Source of the DNA: the human T2T-CHM13v2.0 reference genome, Homo sapiens | Assembly (NCBI RefSeq): GCF_009914755.1 | Contig: NC_060929.1 | Strand: one strand, 5' to 3' | DNA: 64,000 nucleotides | Shown: positions 29,581 to 43,620 of the stretch, piece after piece | Numbering within the stretch: the stretch's first letter is position 1 | Layout of the letters: every line of letters starts with the position of its first letter | Position numbers and translations under genes: made by a program | The notes under the pieces: generated by a model | Seen by the model: only the letters and a program-made list of their open reading frames with translations | Told to the model about the DNA's origin: nothing | Database searches by the model: none

Positions 29581-30099
29581 GAGTTCCTTACCAGAATGAA
29601 TGCTCATCCACAAATAACTAACTCAGAATTCAATTTATACACACATATTTAATCTCACTTAATGACCTATAAGATTACTTATAATGAATGCTGAATAAAA
29701 TGCAAATGTGCAACTTATAAAGTAGAGGATAAGGACACTTCTTTCACCCTAAGACTGCAATGAGAGTCTGGTTGACTAAGGCACTGCCTACGACACAAGA
29801 CTCCAACAGAAAAGTTGGTCAAAGAGCTAGTTAAGATTTTTTGTTTTGTTTATTGTTTTGGAGGGGTTTTTAACAAAATATTTAAAGTCAAACCAGTGTA
29901 TGAAATTACTAAAGCAATTTAAAAAAATGCCACAATTGTCACCTTCTAAGTGGCCTGGTCTATGCTAAGCATGCTATGACTTACCCTGAATATGTTTCCA
30001 TAGAATGTAAAATAGTAACCATGACTCCCTTCTGCCTACTTCTATTGCCACTAAATAGGTCAAATGTTTTACTATCTTTGCTATCAGACAGAAGTGATG

Positions 30100-30325
30100 G
30101 TGAACAGGAACTAATATCAATGAAGTGCTACCTGTGTCAAGAACTATATAAATAGTTCTTGAATAGTTGGGATATAGAAATATATCTTCCCAACATCACA
30201 TGAGCAACATATTATTCAAATTTTGCAGATAGGGAAATGCAGACAAAGAGAGACTTAAGTCTCTTGACTAAATCTTCCACTAAGCAATGGACAGAGCCTG
30301 AATTTGAACTCTAACTCTAGAGCTT
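30100..30325 (-). mobile_element. MIR fragment
   Basis: ttttgcagatagggaaatgcagacaaagagagacttaagtctcttgac...cagagcctgaatttgaactc. Confidence 0.65.
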
Positions 30326-32441
30326 GCTCAAGCATGGATTCCAGAAGCAGCCTCAGCTGTGCTTAATGAACAACACATAACCTAACTTTCTTTGCTGGCT
30401 CTAATCTCCTAATTCCAACCCATTTACTATCACAGAATCAATGTGGATGAGGAATGTTGGCAGGAGAGAATTTGTACATTGCATATAGATTTACCCTTCA
30501 ACATAACCAGGAGAAAACAATTTGAAGAGACATTAAGCATAAAATTTTTAACACTGCATTAAAAGTTGAAAACAATAAAAAGAAAGAAAGTAAATGTAAT
30601 CCAATATTAAATTATAACTGGAGGAAAAATAACATGTCTAACTCCAAGTACGAAACAAAATGCTTAATTAATTAGCTGGATTTATTTTAATGTTTCTTAA
30701 CTTTTTAATCCTTCATATTTCACTCCTTCACTGTACTACAGAACTTTAAGAAATTGACATAGCAGTTTATTTTAAATCCTTTAATTGCTTTGTTAGAATA
30801 TGAAAACATTACTTTCAGAGAAACTATCAAATGACCTTGATGATCTACACAACATTCATTATAGACTGGTAAACATTTGTGAAAATCCTTGCTGTGATGA
30901 TTGATTGCATTTTTCCTTGCTTCAGTTACTGCAAACTAAATTGCCTGTCAATAAAGTGATGACTTCTGTCAACATAGTTTCTTAATCCTTATTCAGTCCT
31001 TTTAGCAATGACAACCTTAGAATAATATATTGTAAGTCTTTATGGATCAATAATGCTGCTCAGTATAAAACACTGCAATCTACCACCAGGATTTTTATCC
31101 TTCTATTTATAATGATCTCTGACAAGCTACCTAGCAGTAAAATTTCTTACTAAGGAGAAAAAAAGACGTCTAACAAACAAGTCAAATACAACACTATAAA
31201 CAGCATATGCCAATCCAAACAAGTTAAGAATTTTGAGTGAAGCTCAATATTAGCAAAATGCTTTTATCCTAAAGTAGTTAATGACTGAGATGTCATTTGA
31301 AGACCACTCAAGAAAAAAAATTATTATTCAAGCCCTTAGACATTTTGAAATGATGTATGGGTGGTTATTTATGTAAAAAGCCTTCTCTACAATGTCAGAA
31401 ACAGAAAATTTCCATTTAAAAACCATAAAACATAAGCCAATGCATACCCTGGCTAATTTTTTCTCTAGGCAATTAGAGGACTTTTTTTTTTCATTTAATC
31501 TATATTTAGATTGTACTTCAGACATCTTTATGTGAGAAGTAGATTATAATTGCCTTTAAACACTACAATTTAGATGTTTCCATTTAAACCAAAAATTACT
31601 TAAAATAAATGCCATTCTATCAATGAAAACAGAATCATGACACTGCTTTACAACTGACATTGCCTCTTTTATATAGAGTTATGTTAACTATGTCTTCTCT
31701 AAATCTGCATTTTTATCATTTGTTAAACTCAACTAACCTGATATATTTGATAGCACTGAACTGGAGGGGAAATTTTTCAACAAGCTAGCAGTTCACCATA
31801 TTTCTCCTCCCAAACTCGTGAACCAAGAGAAAATAATCTGATTTTATTGTTATTATTTTTTAAAATGAGAGTGTATTGGATTTATGAAAGAATTAACTTC
31901 TTATCAACTTATTAAACTTTCTGGGGGAAAAAATGTAACCTCCATGCATTCCTTTTCAAGAAACTACTGAAAAAATTAAAATTGAAGAGTAAAACAAGTA
32001 AAAGGAAAATATAGAACCAAGAAAACCAGAAATCTAATACACAAAAGAGACAAAAGAAACATAAATTGAAGCAGGAGGGTTGAAGGTTTCAGGAGGAATG
32101 TCTGTAAAAACAAACAAACAAAAAGCCAAACACTAATTTATTTGGTCATTCTGAAAAGAGCTTAGAGTTCTCTCAGTCTGAAGCAAGAAGCAGTAATTGG
32201 TACAAAGAAAATTAAGCAAATGGGGGTTTAAGTCATTAACTTCCCCTAAAAAACAAAGGAATACCTCAGAGATATTGCAGGTTCAGTTCCAGACCACCAC
32301 AATAAAGTGAATAAAAGCAAGTCACATGAATTTTTGGTTTCCAGTGCATATAAAAGGTGTGTTTATACTACACTGTATTCTATTAAGTGTGAAATACTAT
32401 CATGTCTTAAAAAATGTATATACCTTAACTAAAAATACTTT

Positions 32442-35400
32442 TCTTTCAAGATAGTTGACTAGAAGCATTTCAAGCATGCCTCATTTGCTTAGAAGACCCA
32501 AATCATGTGTAGACAATCACACTGTGAATACATGCCTAAGAGGGAACACAGGAGTTCAACAGAAAAGCAAAAGGAAACACTGCAAACTAGGAAGGAAAAG
32601 GAGAAAAGGCAGCCTGCTTGGCTGGGACCAGCCAGGAATTGGGAGTTATCCCCAGTATGGGAGAGGGTAAGTGAGGGTCCTATTGAGGTCCACTTTCCCA
32701 CAAGGGAATTATACAATCCGGGCCACCAGAGAACGCCCTGACCCTCCAACCCCCAAATCTAACTTACAGAGTGGCTAGAAGACTGTGAAAAGGAACTACT
32801 TCAGGGAAAGAACACATCCTGGGTTCCACACCCTTTCTGAAACCTAAGAAACAGTAAGATGCTATTCTCAATCTTATCTCTTAAAAGGCTGTGTGCAGTC
32901 CTAGGAACCCGCTGCACCAGTCCTAGGTGTTAGAGAAACTCGGGCTGCTGCATGCAGAACAGAGGCACAAGTCAGGGGTGGACTCCTGCAAACAGGACTG
33001 AGAAGAAAAGTGTAACATGGGCTGCAGCCCCCAGTGCTAGAAGCAGGCACTGTCTCTGGGACTTAGGCAGGAGGAGAGTTGCCACAGAGGCTTGATCTTG
33101 AGCTTGGCAGGGGCTCCAATGGCCCAGGACTGAGTTGCAGGCCAGGCACAAACTGCCAGGTCTGATAGAACAGCCAGGTCAGCTGCAACAGCAGGGAAAA
33201 TGGAATGAGCCCCACCAGAACTGGGGTATAAGTGGGACTCAAGGCCTTGGCCACTAGGTTTGACCCCACCCTCCCTGTGGCTGGACCTCAATGCTGCAGT
33301 AGCCACCACTCACCCAAGCATTCTGCCAGGGGCCTGAGAACTGCATGGCCTCCCCATCACAGCTGGTGCATGCACTTGCCACTGGGGGTCCTGAGTGCAA
33401 GCTTGACCAGTCCAGATGTGCCTGGCTTTGCCCAACCTCCTTTGACAAGACAGGGTAAGAGATCCAGGGTCCTAAAGGTTACAAACCCAATCCACCACCT
33501 GGTACATTGAAGCACTCCTCTTGAGAGACTAAGGTTGGACATAAACACCCTGCTGCTTCTGGCTCTTACCTGTAAGCACCACCTGCTGGCCTGGAAGCCA
33601 GCCTGCACATTTCAACCACTGCCAACACAAGCACACAGCATTTGGAACCCAGAAAAGCATCTCAACACTGTTACTGCCATCAACAATGCCATGTCAGCCA
33701 ACTCAGAGACTCGTGAGCTGCTTCACCTGGCCAGTAAACTGCTATTACAACCAACATTCAAGAAAGACACCTAGAGGCCCAAGAATCAGCATGCCTGGAA
33801 TCACTAACACAGTTGCCAGTGTTCAAAGCCCTGGGAACAAAAGGCATGCTTAGTCCACCACCATCACCACTAAAACTTGAAGACCAGGCCACCCAGCATC
33901 CCAGACCCCAGCACAACTTCATCACAGCCTCCAAAAAACAACAGCACCCTAACAAACTGAGGAAACCACGGATACCAGTAATGCTATTTAGCTAAAATAA
34001 TAATATTCACAATCACACACAGACTTCAGTGCTGCATGCACCCAGAAACAAAACCAAAGGGCCCTACTCAACCAACATCATAGTCACATCTTCAGGAAAA
34101 AAAAAAAAAGTAATATGACACCCCTAAAGAAGCACAATAATTCTCTACCAATAGATCTTAACCAAAAAGAAATTCTCAAAACCCAGATAAAGAATGTTAA
34201 GTATTTATTTTAAAGAACCTCAACAAGATGCAAGAGGAATCTGAAAACAAATACAAAGAACACAGAAAAATAATTAAGAATATTAATGAAAAATTTACCA
34301 ACGAGATAAATATCTTTGGGGGAAAAAAGCAAATTCTGGACTAAGGAATTCAATGAAGGAAATACAAAATATATTCAAAAAATTTTAAAAAAAGACTAGT
34401 CCAAACAGAAGAAAGAATTTTAGAACTTGAAGACAACTCTTTTGAAATAATCCAGTCAAATAAAAACAAAGAAAAAAATTAAAAAAGAATAATCTAAGCC
34501 TTCAAGACATTTGGGACAATGTGAAGCAACTGAACTTATGAATTATTGGAATACCTAAGGAAAAAGAGAGATCAAAAAGTTTAGAAAACCTATTTAATGA
34601 AGTAATAATTGAAAACTTCCCAAGTTTAGCATGAGATTTAGACAACCAGATACAGGAGGCTCAGAGATCCCCAGGCAAATACTATGCAAAAATGACTTTG
34701 CCATAGAACATTATATCAGGCTATCTAAAGTCAAAGTAAAAACAGCAAATTCTGAAAACAGAAAGAAAAAAAGCACCTATTCACCTATAAAGGAAATTAC
34801 ATCAGATTAACAGCTGACTTCTCAGCAGAAACCTTACAGACCAGAAGAAAATGAGATGATATATTGAATGTGCTAAAGAAAAACATTGCCAGCAAGATTA
34901 ATCTTCATAAAGGAAGACAAAATAAAGTCTTTCCCAAACAAGCAAATATTGAGGGGAGTCATTGCTATTAGACTGGTTTTACAAGAAATGCTCAAGGGAG
35001 TCCTAAACTTGGAAGCAAAAGGACAACATTAACCATCATAAAAACACATGACAGTATAAAACTCATTGGCAAAGTAATCACACAAAGGAGAAAGGGAAAG
35101 AAATGTCACCAAAACAGAATACTACCAAACTACAATAACAAATACAGAAAAAAAAACAAAGAATTTAGAAAACAATTACAACATGACAGGACTAAAACCT
35201 CACATATTAGTGTTTACCTTGAATGTAAATAGATTAAATGCTCCAATTAAAAGCTATACATTGGCAGAATGAATTAAAAAAAAAACATGATCCAACTATA
35301 TGCTGATCACAAGAAACTGACCTTACCTATAAAGACACATAAAAACTAAAAATAAAGGGGTAAAAAGAGATATTCCACACAAACGTAAATCAAAAGCAAG

Positions 35401-38400
35401 CAGTAGTAGCTATACTCATATTAGATAAAACAGACATTAAGTTAAAAACAGTAAAAAGAGAAAGAGAGAGGGGGGATATAATAATAAAGGAATCAATTCA
35501 GTGCAAGGATATAACAATTCTAAATATATATATGCTCCCAACAGTGGAGCACCCAGAGTCATAAAACAAATATTACTAGACCTAAAGAGAGAGACAGATA
35601 GCAATACAATAATAGTGGAGGAATTCAACACCCTACTCACAGTATTAAAACAGATAATCAGTACAAAAAAATGATAAAGGCTGGACTTAAACTGGACTTT
35701 AGACCAAATGGACCTAACAGAATTTACATAACATTCTGCCCAACTGCAGAATATACATTCTTTTCATCAACACACTGAACATTCTCCTAGATAGACCATA
35801 TGTTAAGCCACAAAACAAGTCTTGGCACATTTTTAAAAATCAAAATAATATCAAGTATCTTCTCAGGCCACAGTAGAATAAAACTAGAAAATCAATACCA
35901 AAGGTCAAATCAATACCAAGAGGGACTCTGGAAATTTTACAAATACATGGAAATTACACAACATACTCCTGAATGAACACTGGGTCAATGAAGAAATTAA
36001 GATGGAAATTAAAATTTTTTGAAATAAATGAAAACAGAAATACAATATAACAAAACCTGTGGGATACAGGAAAAGTAGTACTGAGAGGGAAGTTTATTGC
36101 ATTAAATGCCTAGATCAAAAAAGAAGAAAGATTACAAATTGCCAGTATAACAATACATCTCCAGAAACCATAAAAGCAAGAATAAAATAAACCCCAAATT
36201 AGCAGAAGAAACAAAATAACAACGATCAGAGCAGAACTAAATGTAACAGAGACTTTAAAAAATACAAAGGATCAACAAAACAAAAAGTTGGTTTTTCAAA
36301 AAGACAAACAAAATTGATAAATAGCTACACAGACTATTCAAAGAAGAAAGAAGACACAACATCAGAAATGAAAAAGGAGAAATTACAACTTATAACCATA
36401 GAAATACAAAAGATCATCATACACTTATATGCTCACAAACTAGAAAACCCAGAGGAAATGGATAAATGCTTGGAAACATATAGCCTCCCAAGGTTGCATC
36501 AGGAAAAAATAGAAAACCTGAACAAACTAATAATGAGTCAGTAATAAAAAGACTGAGTCAGTAATATTAATAATAAAAAACTCCCCAAAAAAGAAAGACT
36601 CAGGACCAGATGGATTCACAGCCAAATTATCCCAAAGGTACAAAGAACTAACTACAATCCTCCTAAAACTGTTTCAAAAAATCGAGGAGGATGGAATTCT
36701 CCCAAACTCACTATATGAATCCAGTATCATCCTGATACCAAAAATGAAAGACACAACATAACAAGAAAACTACTGACTAATATCTTTGTTTAACACAGAC
36801 ACAAAAATCCTCAACATACTAGCAAACCAAATCCAACTGAACATCCAAAAAATATACCATGATCAAGTGGGTTGTATGTATCAGGTATGCAAGGATGGTT
36901 CAACATTTGCAAATCAATAAATGTGATGTATCATATAAACAGGATCAAGGACAAAAACCATATGATCATCTCATTAGATGCAGAAAAAGCATTTGATAAA
37001 ATTAAGCATCCCTTCATGATAAAAACCCTAACAAAACAGACAGAGAAGAAACACACCTCAAAGTAATAAAGGCTATATACGACAAAACCACAGCTAACAT
37101 AATACTAAATGATGAGTATTTAAAGCATTTCCTCTAATAACTGGAACAAAGCAAGGATACCCACTTTACTATTCCTATTTAACACAGTACTGAAAGTCTT
37201 AGCTAGAGCAATCTGGCAAAAGAAATAAGTAAAAGGATCCAAACTGGAAAAGAAGTCAAATTATCCCTGTTTGCTAAGATATAATCTTATATCTAAAAAA
37301 ATTTAAAGACTCTATTAAAAAAAACTCTTACATAACTAAATTAACTGAAGTTGCAGGATACAAAATCAACATACAAAAACCAGTAGTGCTTCTATATATC
37401 AACAATGATCTAACTGAAAAAGAAATCAAGTTGGCAATCCCTTTTATAATAGCTACAAAAAAAAAAAACCTAGGAACATTTAACTTAGGAAGTGAAAAAT
37501 CTCTGCAAGGAAAATTACAAAACTCTAATGAAAGAAACTGTATTATAGATGACAAAAATGAGAAAACAGCCCATGCTCACAGATCAAATGAATTAATATC
37601 ATTAAATGGCCCACACTGCCTAAAACAATCTATAGTTTCAATGCAATCCCTATCAAATTACCAATGTCATTTTTTACACAAGTACAAAAAAAATCCTAAA
37701 AATTGTATGGAACCAAAAAAGAACTCAAATAGCCAAAGCAATCTTGAACAAAAAGCACAAAGCTAGAGTCATCACATTAGCTGATATCAAATTATATTAT
37801 AATTTTGTTATAAAAGAACAAAGCTCACATCACGTAAGCTGATAACAAATTACAGTAACCAAAACAGCATGGTACTGGTATAAAAACAGACACATAGATC
37901 AATGGAACAGAATACAGAACCCAGAAATAAAGCCACATATTTATATTCAACTGATCTTTGACACAGTTGACAAGAACAAACACTGGCAAAAAGACAAATA
38001 GTGCTGGAAAAACTGGACTGCCATATGAAGGATAAAACTGGACCCCAATCTCTCACCATATACAAAAATACACTCAAGATGGATTAAAGACTTAAATATA
38101 AGAACCAAAGTTATAAAAATACTAGAAGAAAACCTAGGGAAAACTCTTCTGGACATTGATCTAGGCAAAGAGTTTAGATTAAGACCTCAAAAGCAGAGGC
38201 AACAAAAACAAAAAGAGATGAATGTGACTTAATTAAACTAAAAGGGTTCTGCATGGCAAAAGGGGTAATAAACACATTGAAGAAACAACCTGCAGAATGG
38301 GAGAAAATATTTGCAAACTATTCATCCAACAGGGGACTAATATACAGAATATACAAAGAACTCAAACAGCTCACCAACAACCAAAGACTACAAATAACCC

Positions 38401-39248
38401 CATTTAAAAGATAGCAAAAGAAATGAATATATATTTTTCAAAAGAAGAAATAAAAATGGCCAACAGGTATATGAAACAATACTCCACATCGCTAATCATC
38501 AGAGAAATGCAAAGCAAAACTGCGATGAGATGTCATCTTACTCCAGGCAAAATAGTTATTATCAAAAAGACAAAAAATAATAGATGTTGGCAAGGATGTA
38601 GAGAAAAGGGAACATTAAACACTGTAGTGGGCATGTAAATTAGTACAACCTCTAGGGAAACAGTATGGAGATTTCTCATAGAATTAAAGATAGATTTACC
38701 ATTTGATCCAGCAATTCTGCTACTGGGCATCTACGCAAAGGAAAAGAAATCAAAAAAGATATCTGCATTCATAAGTTTACTGCATCAAAAAGATATCTGC
38801 ATTCATATGTTTACTGCATTATTCACAATAGCAAAAAATATTCAATCAACCTAAGTGTCCATCAACAGATAAAGGAAATGTGGTATATACACATAACAAA
38901 ATACTACTCAGTCACAAAAAAGAATAAAATGTCTTTTGCAGCAACATGGATGGAACTGGACGTCATTATCCTAAGTAAAACAAGCCAGGCACAGAAAGAC
39001 AAATGTCACATATTCGTATTCCTAAGTGTATGCTAAAAAATGAGCTCTCATGGATGTAGAGTGTGGAACAATAGATAAGGAAGACTTCGAAAAGTGAGTG
39101 AGTGGGAGGGGGGAAGATGATGAGAAATTAGTTAATAGGTACAATGTAGGTTATTAGGGTGATGGATACCCTTAAAGCCCTGACTTTACTACTGTCCAAC
39201 CTATGCGTGTAACAAAATTGCACATGTACCCCATAAATTTACACAAAT
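32442..39248 (+). mobile_element. Near full-length (about 6.8 kb) L1PB4-like LINE-1 with disrupted ORFs
   Basis: GC-richer 5' UTR starting tcaagatagttgactagaagca; ORF1 remnant near 34100-35040; ORF2 starts at atg 35183 (MTGLKPHILVFTLNVNRLNAPIK); RT motifs ([14 protein letters not shown]...[15 protein letters not shown]); 3' end gatgatgagaaattagttaataggtacaatgta...ccccataaattt. Confidence 0.92.
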
Positions 39249-40365
39249 GTTTTAGTCCTAAAAAATGCAAATGATCATCTGAGCCTTCAGTAAGCTGTAA
39301 TCTTTTTGCTGGCATAAAGTTTTGCCTCAATGTTGATGGCTACTGATTGATCAGGGTAGTGGCTGCTGAAGCTTGGGGTGGCTGTGGTTAATTTCTTAAA
39401 ATAAGACAACAGTGTTTGATGTATCAATGAACTCTTCATGAAAGATTTCTCTGTAGCATGTGATGCTGTTTCATCATATTTTACCCACAGCAAAACTTCT
39501 TTCTACTACGGAGTAAAAATTGAAGTAAATCCTCTCAAATCCTGCCACTGCTTTATGAACTCAATTTACATAATATTCTAAATCCTTTGTTGTCATTTCA
39601 ACAATATTCACAGCATCTTCACCGGTAGATTCCATCTCAAGAAACCACTTTCTTTGCATATCCATAAGAAGTTTGATCATGCAACTGCAGCAATTCAGTC
39701 ACATCTTCAGGCTTCACTTCTAATTCTAGTTCTCTTGCTATTTCTACCAGATCTACAGTTACTTCCTCCACTGAAGTACTGAACCCCTCAAAGTCATTCA
39801 AGAGAGTTGGAATAAACTTCCTCCAAGCTTCTGTTTAATGTTTATATTTTGGCCTCCTCCCATGAATGATGAATGTTCTTAATGGCATCTAGAATGGTGA
39901 ATCCTTTCCAGGTTTTCAATTTACTTTGCCAAAGAGGAATCACTATCTATGGCAGCTATAGCCTTACAAAATATACATTTATTCTTAAACAATAAGAGTT
40001 GAAAGTCTAAATTACTCCTTAATCCACAGGCTACAGAATAGATGTGTTAACAGGCATAAAAATGGCATTAATGTCCTTGTAAATGCCATCAGAGTTCATG
40101 GGTAACCACATACATTGTCAATGAGTGGTATTATTTTGAAAGAAATCTTTTCTTTCTGAGCAATAGGTCTCAAAAGCGGGCTTACAATATTCAGCAAACC
40201 ATGCTTTAAACAGATGTGGTATCATGTGGGCTTGAAAACAGTGGGCTTTGTAAACAGTGGGCTTACAATATTCAGTAAACCATGCTATAAGTGGGCCTAC
40301 AAACAGTGGACTTTACAATAACCATAACATATATAATAATAATGGAAAGGTTTAAAAAATTGTGA

Positions 40366-42853
40366 CTCAACAAAATAAAAAAAAAACAAACTTCAGGCCA
40401 ATATCGTTGATGAACATAGACACAAAAATCCCCAAGAAAACACCAGTAAACCATATCCAGCAGCTTATCAAAAAGCTAATTCACCACAATTAAGCAGGTT
40501 ATTTATCCTTGGGATGCAAAAGTGGCTCGACATGCATGTCAATAAATGTGATTCCTCTTATAAATGCAACTGAAAACAAAAAACACATGATTATCTCAAT
40601 ACATGCAGAAAAGGCTTTCAATATAATTCAACATCCCTTCATGTTAAAAACCCTCAACAAACTAGACATTGAAGAAACATACTTCAAAATAATAAGACCC
40701 ATCTATGACAAACCCACAGCCAACATCATACTGAATGGGCAAAAGCTGGAAGCATTCTCCTGGAAAACCAGAACAAGAACAGGATGTCCTCTCTCACTAC
40801 TCATATTCAACATAGTACTGGAAGTCATAGACAAGCAATTAGGCAAGAAAAAGGAATGAAAGACAACCAAATAGAAAAAGATGAAGTCAAAACTATCCCT
40901 GTTGCAGACTATATAATTCTATATCTAGAAAACCCTGTAGCATCTGCCCAAAAGCTCCTTGAACTGACAAACAACTTGAGCAAAGTTTCAGGACACAAAA
41001 TCAATGTACAAAAATCAGTATCATTCCTATATACAAACAACATCCAAGCTGAGAGCCAAATCAAGAATGCAATCCAATTCACAGTAGCCACAAAAAAGAA
41101 TAAAATACCAAGGAATACAGCTAACCAGAGAGGTGAAGGATCTCTACAGTAAGAATTACAAAACACTGCTCAAAGAAATCAGAGATGACACAGAAAAACA
41201 TTCCATGCTCATAGTTAGGAAGAACCAATATTGTTAAAATGGCCATACTGCCAAAAGCAATTTAGAGATTCAATGCTATTCCTATCAAACTACCAACGAC
41301 ATTATTCACAGAATTAGAAAAAAACTATTTTAAAATTGGTGTGGAACCAAAAAAGAGCCTGAATAGCCACAGCAATCCTAAGCAAAAAGAACACGTCTGG
41401 AGGCACCATGTTCCCTGACTTTATACTACAAGGCTATGGTAACCAAAACAGCATTATACTGGTAGAAAAAAGACACACAGACAAATGGAACAGCATAGAG
41501 AGCCCAGAAATAATGACACACACCTACAACAATCTAATCTTCAACAAAGTCAACAAAAACAAGCAATGGGAAAAAAGACTCCCTATTCAATAAATGGTGC
41601 TGGTTAGCCACATGCAGAAGATTGAAACTGGATCCCTTCCTTACACCATCTATAAAAATCAATTCGAGATAAATTAAAGACTTAAATATAAAACCTAAAA
41701 CTATAAAAATATTGAAAGATAACCTAAGAAATACTATTTTGGACATAGGACCTGGCAAAGATTTCATGACAAAGATAAAAGCAATTGCAACAAAAACAAA
41801 AATTGACAAATAGGACCTCATTAAAGAGCTTCTAAACACAGCAAAAGAAACTACTGACAGAGTAAACAGACAGTCTACAAAATGAGAGAAAATATTTGCA
41901 AACTATGCATCTGACAAAGGTCTAATATCCAGAATCTATAAGGAACTTAAACAAATCGACAAGCAAAAAGCAAACAATCCCATTAAAAAGTGGGCAAAGG
42001 ATATGAACAGACACTTCTCAAAAGAAGAAATATACATGGTCAACAAGTATATGAAAAATGCTCAACATCACTAATCATTAGAGAATGCAAAGAAAAACGA
42101 CAATGAGATATCATCTCAGCCCAGTCAGAATGACTATTATTTAAAAAAAAATAAACAACAGGTGTTGGTGAGGCTGCAGACAAAGGGGAATGCTTCTACA
42201 CCACTGATGGGAATGTAAATTAGTTCAGCCATTGGGAAAAGCAGTGTGGTGATTTCTCAAAAGACTCAAAGCAGAACTATCATTCAACCCAGCAATCCCA
42301 TTGTTGGGTATATACCCTAAGAAATGTAAGTCATTCTACCCTACAGACAAACAGACATGTAAGTTCATCACAGCACTATTCACAATAGCAAAGACATGGA
42401 ATCAACCTAAATACCCACTGATGGTAAACTAGATAAAGAAAATGTGATACATATACACCATGGAATACTACCTAGTCATAAAAAGAATAGATACTATCCT
42501 TTGCAGCAACATGGATGGAGGTAGAGGCCATTATACCAAGTGAACAAACAAAGGAACAGAAAACCAAATACTACATGTTCTCACTTATAAGTGGGAGATA
42601 ACCACTGAGTACATATGAACATTAAGAAGAGAACAGACACCAGGGCCTACTTGAGGGTGGAAGGGAGGAGAAGGGTGAAGATTGAAAAACTACCTTGTAT
42701 CAGGCGCTATGCTCATTACTTGGGTGGCAAAATATTCTGTACAGCAAACCCCCACAACATGCAATTTACCTATATAACAAACCGCACATGTACCCCGAGC
42801 CTAAAATAAAAGTTCAACAACAAAAAAAGCTGAAGGTAACATTTAGAAAAAAA
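40366..42853 (+). mobile_element. 5'-truncated L1 (L1PA15/16-like), about 2.5 kb
   Basis: ORF2 RT fragments ([27 protein letters not shown]); 3' UTR ggcctacttgagggtgg...ttgaaaaactacc...cctaaaataaaagtt; TSD-like aaaaaattgtga (40354-40365) and aaaaagttgtga (42854-42865). Confidence 0.9.
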
Positions 42854-43033
42854 AAAAAGTTGTGAGAGTTACCAAAATATGACACAGAGACATGAAATTA
42901 GCACATGCTATTGAAAAAAATGGGACCAACAGACTGGCCCGATGTAAGGTTGCCACAAATCTTCAATTTGTAAAACATACAATATCTCAGAAGCATAATA
43001 AAGCAAAGCACAATAAAATGAGGTATGCTTGTA

Positions 43034-43620
43034 AACAACCACAAGTTACAAAAAGGAGGGAAAACCGAACATAGTACATTATGTAGCTCTATTGCAAATG
43101 TTCACATAGTAATGATAGTGTTATATAAATATATTGGAAGGATGGGAAGAGAAAAAAACAGAAAATGATGGAAGGGAGGAAAAATACTAAATTATTTTCT
43201 TTCATAGTAGAAAGGCATTATGTAATTAAAATTTAAAAGTCAGGAAATGGCAGTGAGAAATTTGTGTGGGGGTAATACAAAGGTAAATGAAAGAGAAAAT
43301 ACAATAACAAAAAAGTTGAAAACAGCTGTCTCTGTGGAGAAGACTAAAAATGGAGAGAGAGGTATCTACTCTTCACTTTAAACATAACTTTGACTTTTTA
43401 AACTATGTACACTTACTACTTTTAAAAACACTTTTAATTACTTGAATGAAGTAAAACTACATGAAGCAATGCTGATGACATCTCAAAAAATGTTGGGAAG
43501 AAAATGAAAACTGCAGAATGTTCACTATTGATGCCATTTATACCAAGTTCAAATACAGAAAACCAACAAAAAGAGGGAAGTGTGGACTCTGAAGTTAAGC
43601 AAACTGGAACACCTCTACTT
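43034..43620 (+). mobile_element. Old L1MC/ME 3' fragments, probably continuing from about 31960-32255
   Basis: Diverged A-rich L1 3'-region-like sequence on both sides of Tigger1. Confidence 0.5.

Larger units (their letters stand above)
32256..43031 (-). mobile_element. Tigger1 DNA transposon, internally deleted, in three pieces (about 32256-32441, 39250-40365 and 42855-43031)
   Basis: Left atacctcagagatattgcaggttcagttccagaccaccacaataaag is the reverse complement of the Tigger1 3' end; right ...gcacaataaaatgaggtatgcttg-ta is the reverse complement of the 5' end; sequence continues collinearly across both L1 insertions. Confidence 0.9.

Noticed and set aside
29978-30060. Strong minus-strand donor CAGG|GTAAGTC
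   Set aside because: No good polypyrimidine tract and acceptor within exon distance; isolated donor motifs are common by chance.
30894-31122. Two GTGATGA C-box-like motifs suggesting a C/D snoRNA
   Set aside because: No D box at a suitable distance with a convincing terminal stem, and it is on the strand opposite the inferred host transcript.
32450-34050. Cluster of overlapping ORFs in GC-richer DNA suggesting an exon or promoter
   Set aside because: This is the 5' UTR of the L1PB4-like element; higher GC lowers stop-codon density, and it is CpG-depleted.
40509-41152. 116-aa and 122-aa ORFs with reverse-transcriptase-like motifs
   Set aside because: Frameshifted ORF2 pieces of a 5'-truncated dead L1; not a functional RT, retron or similar system.
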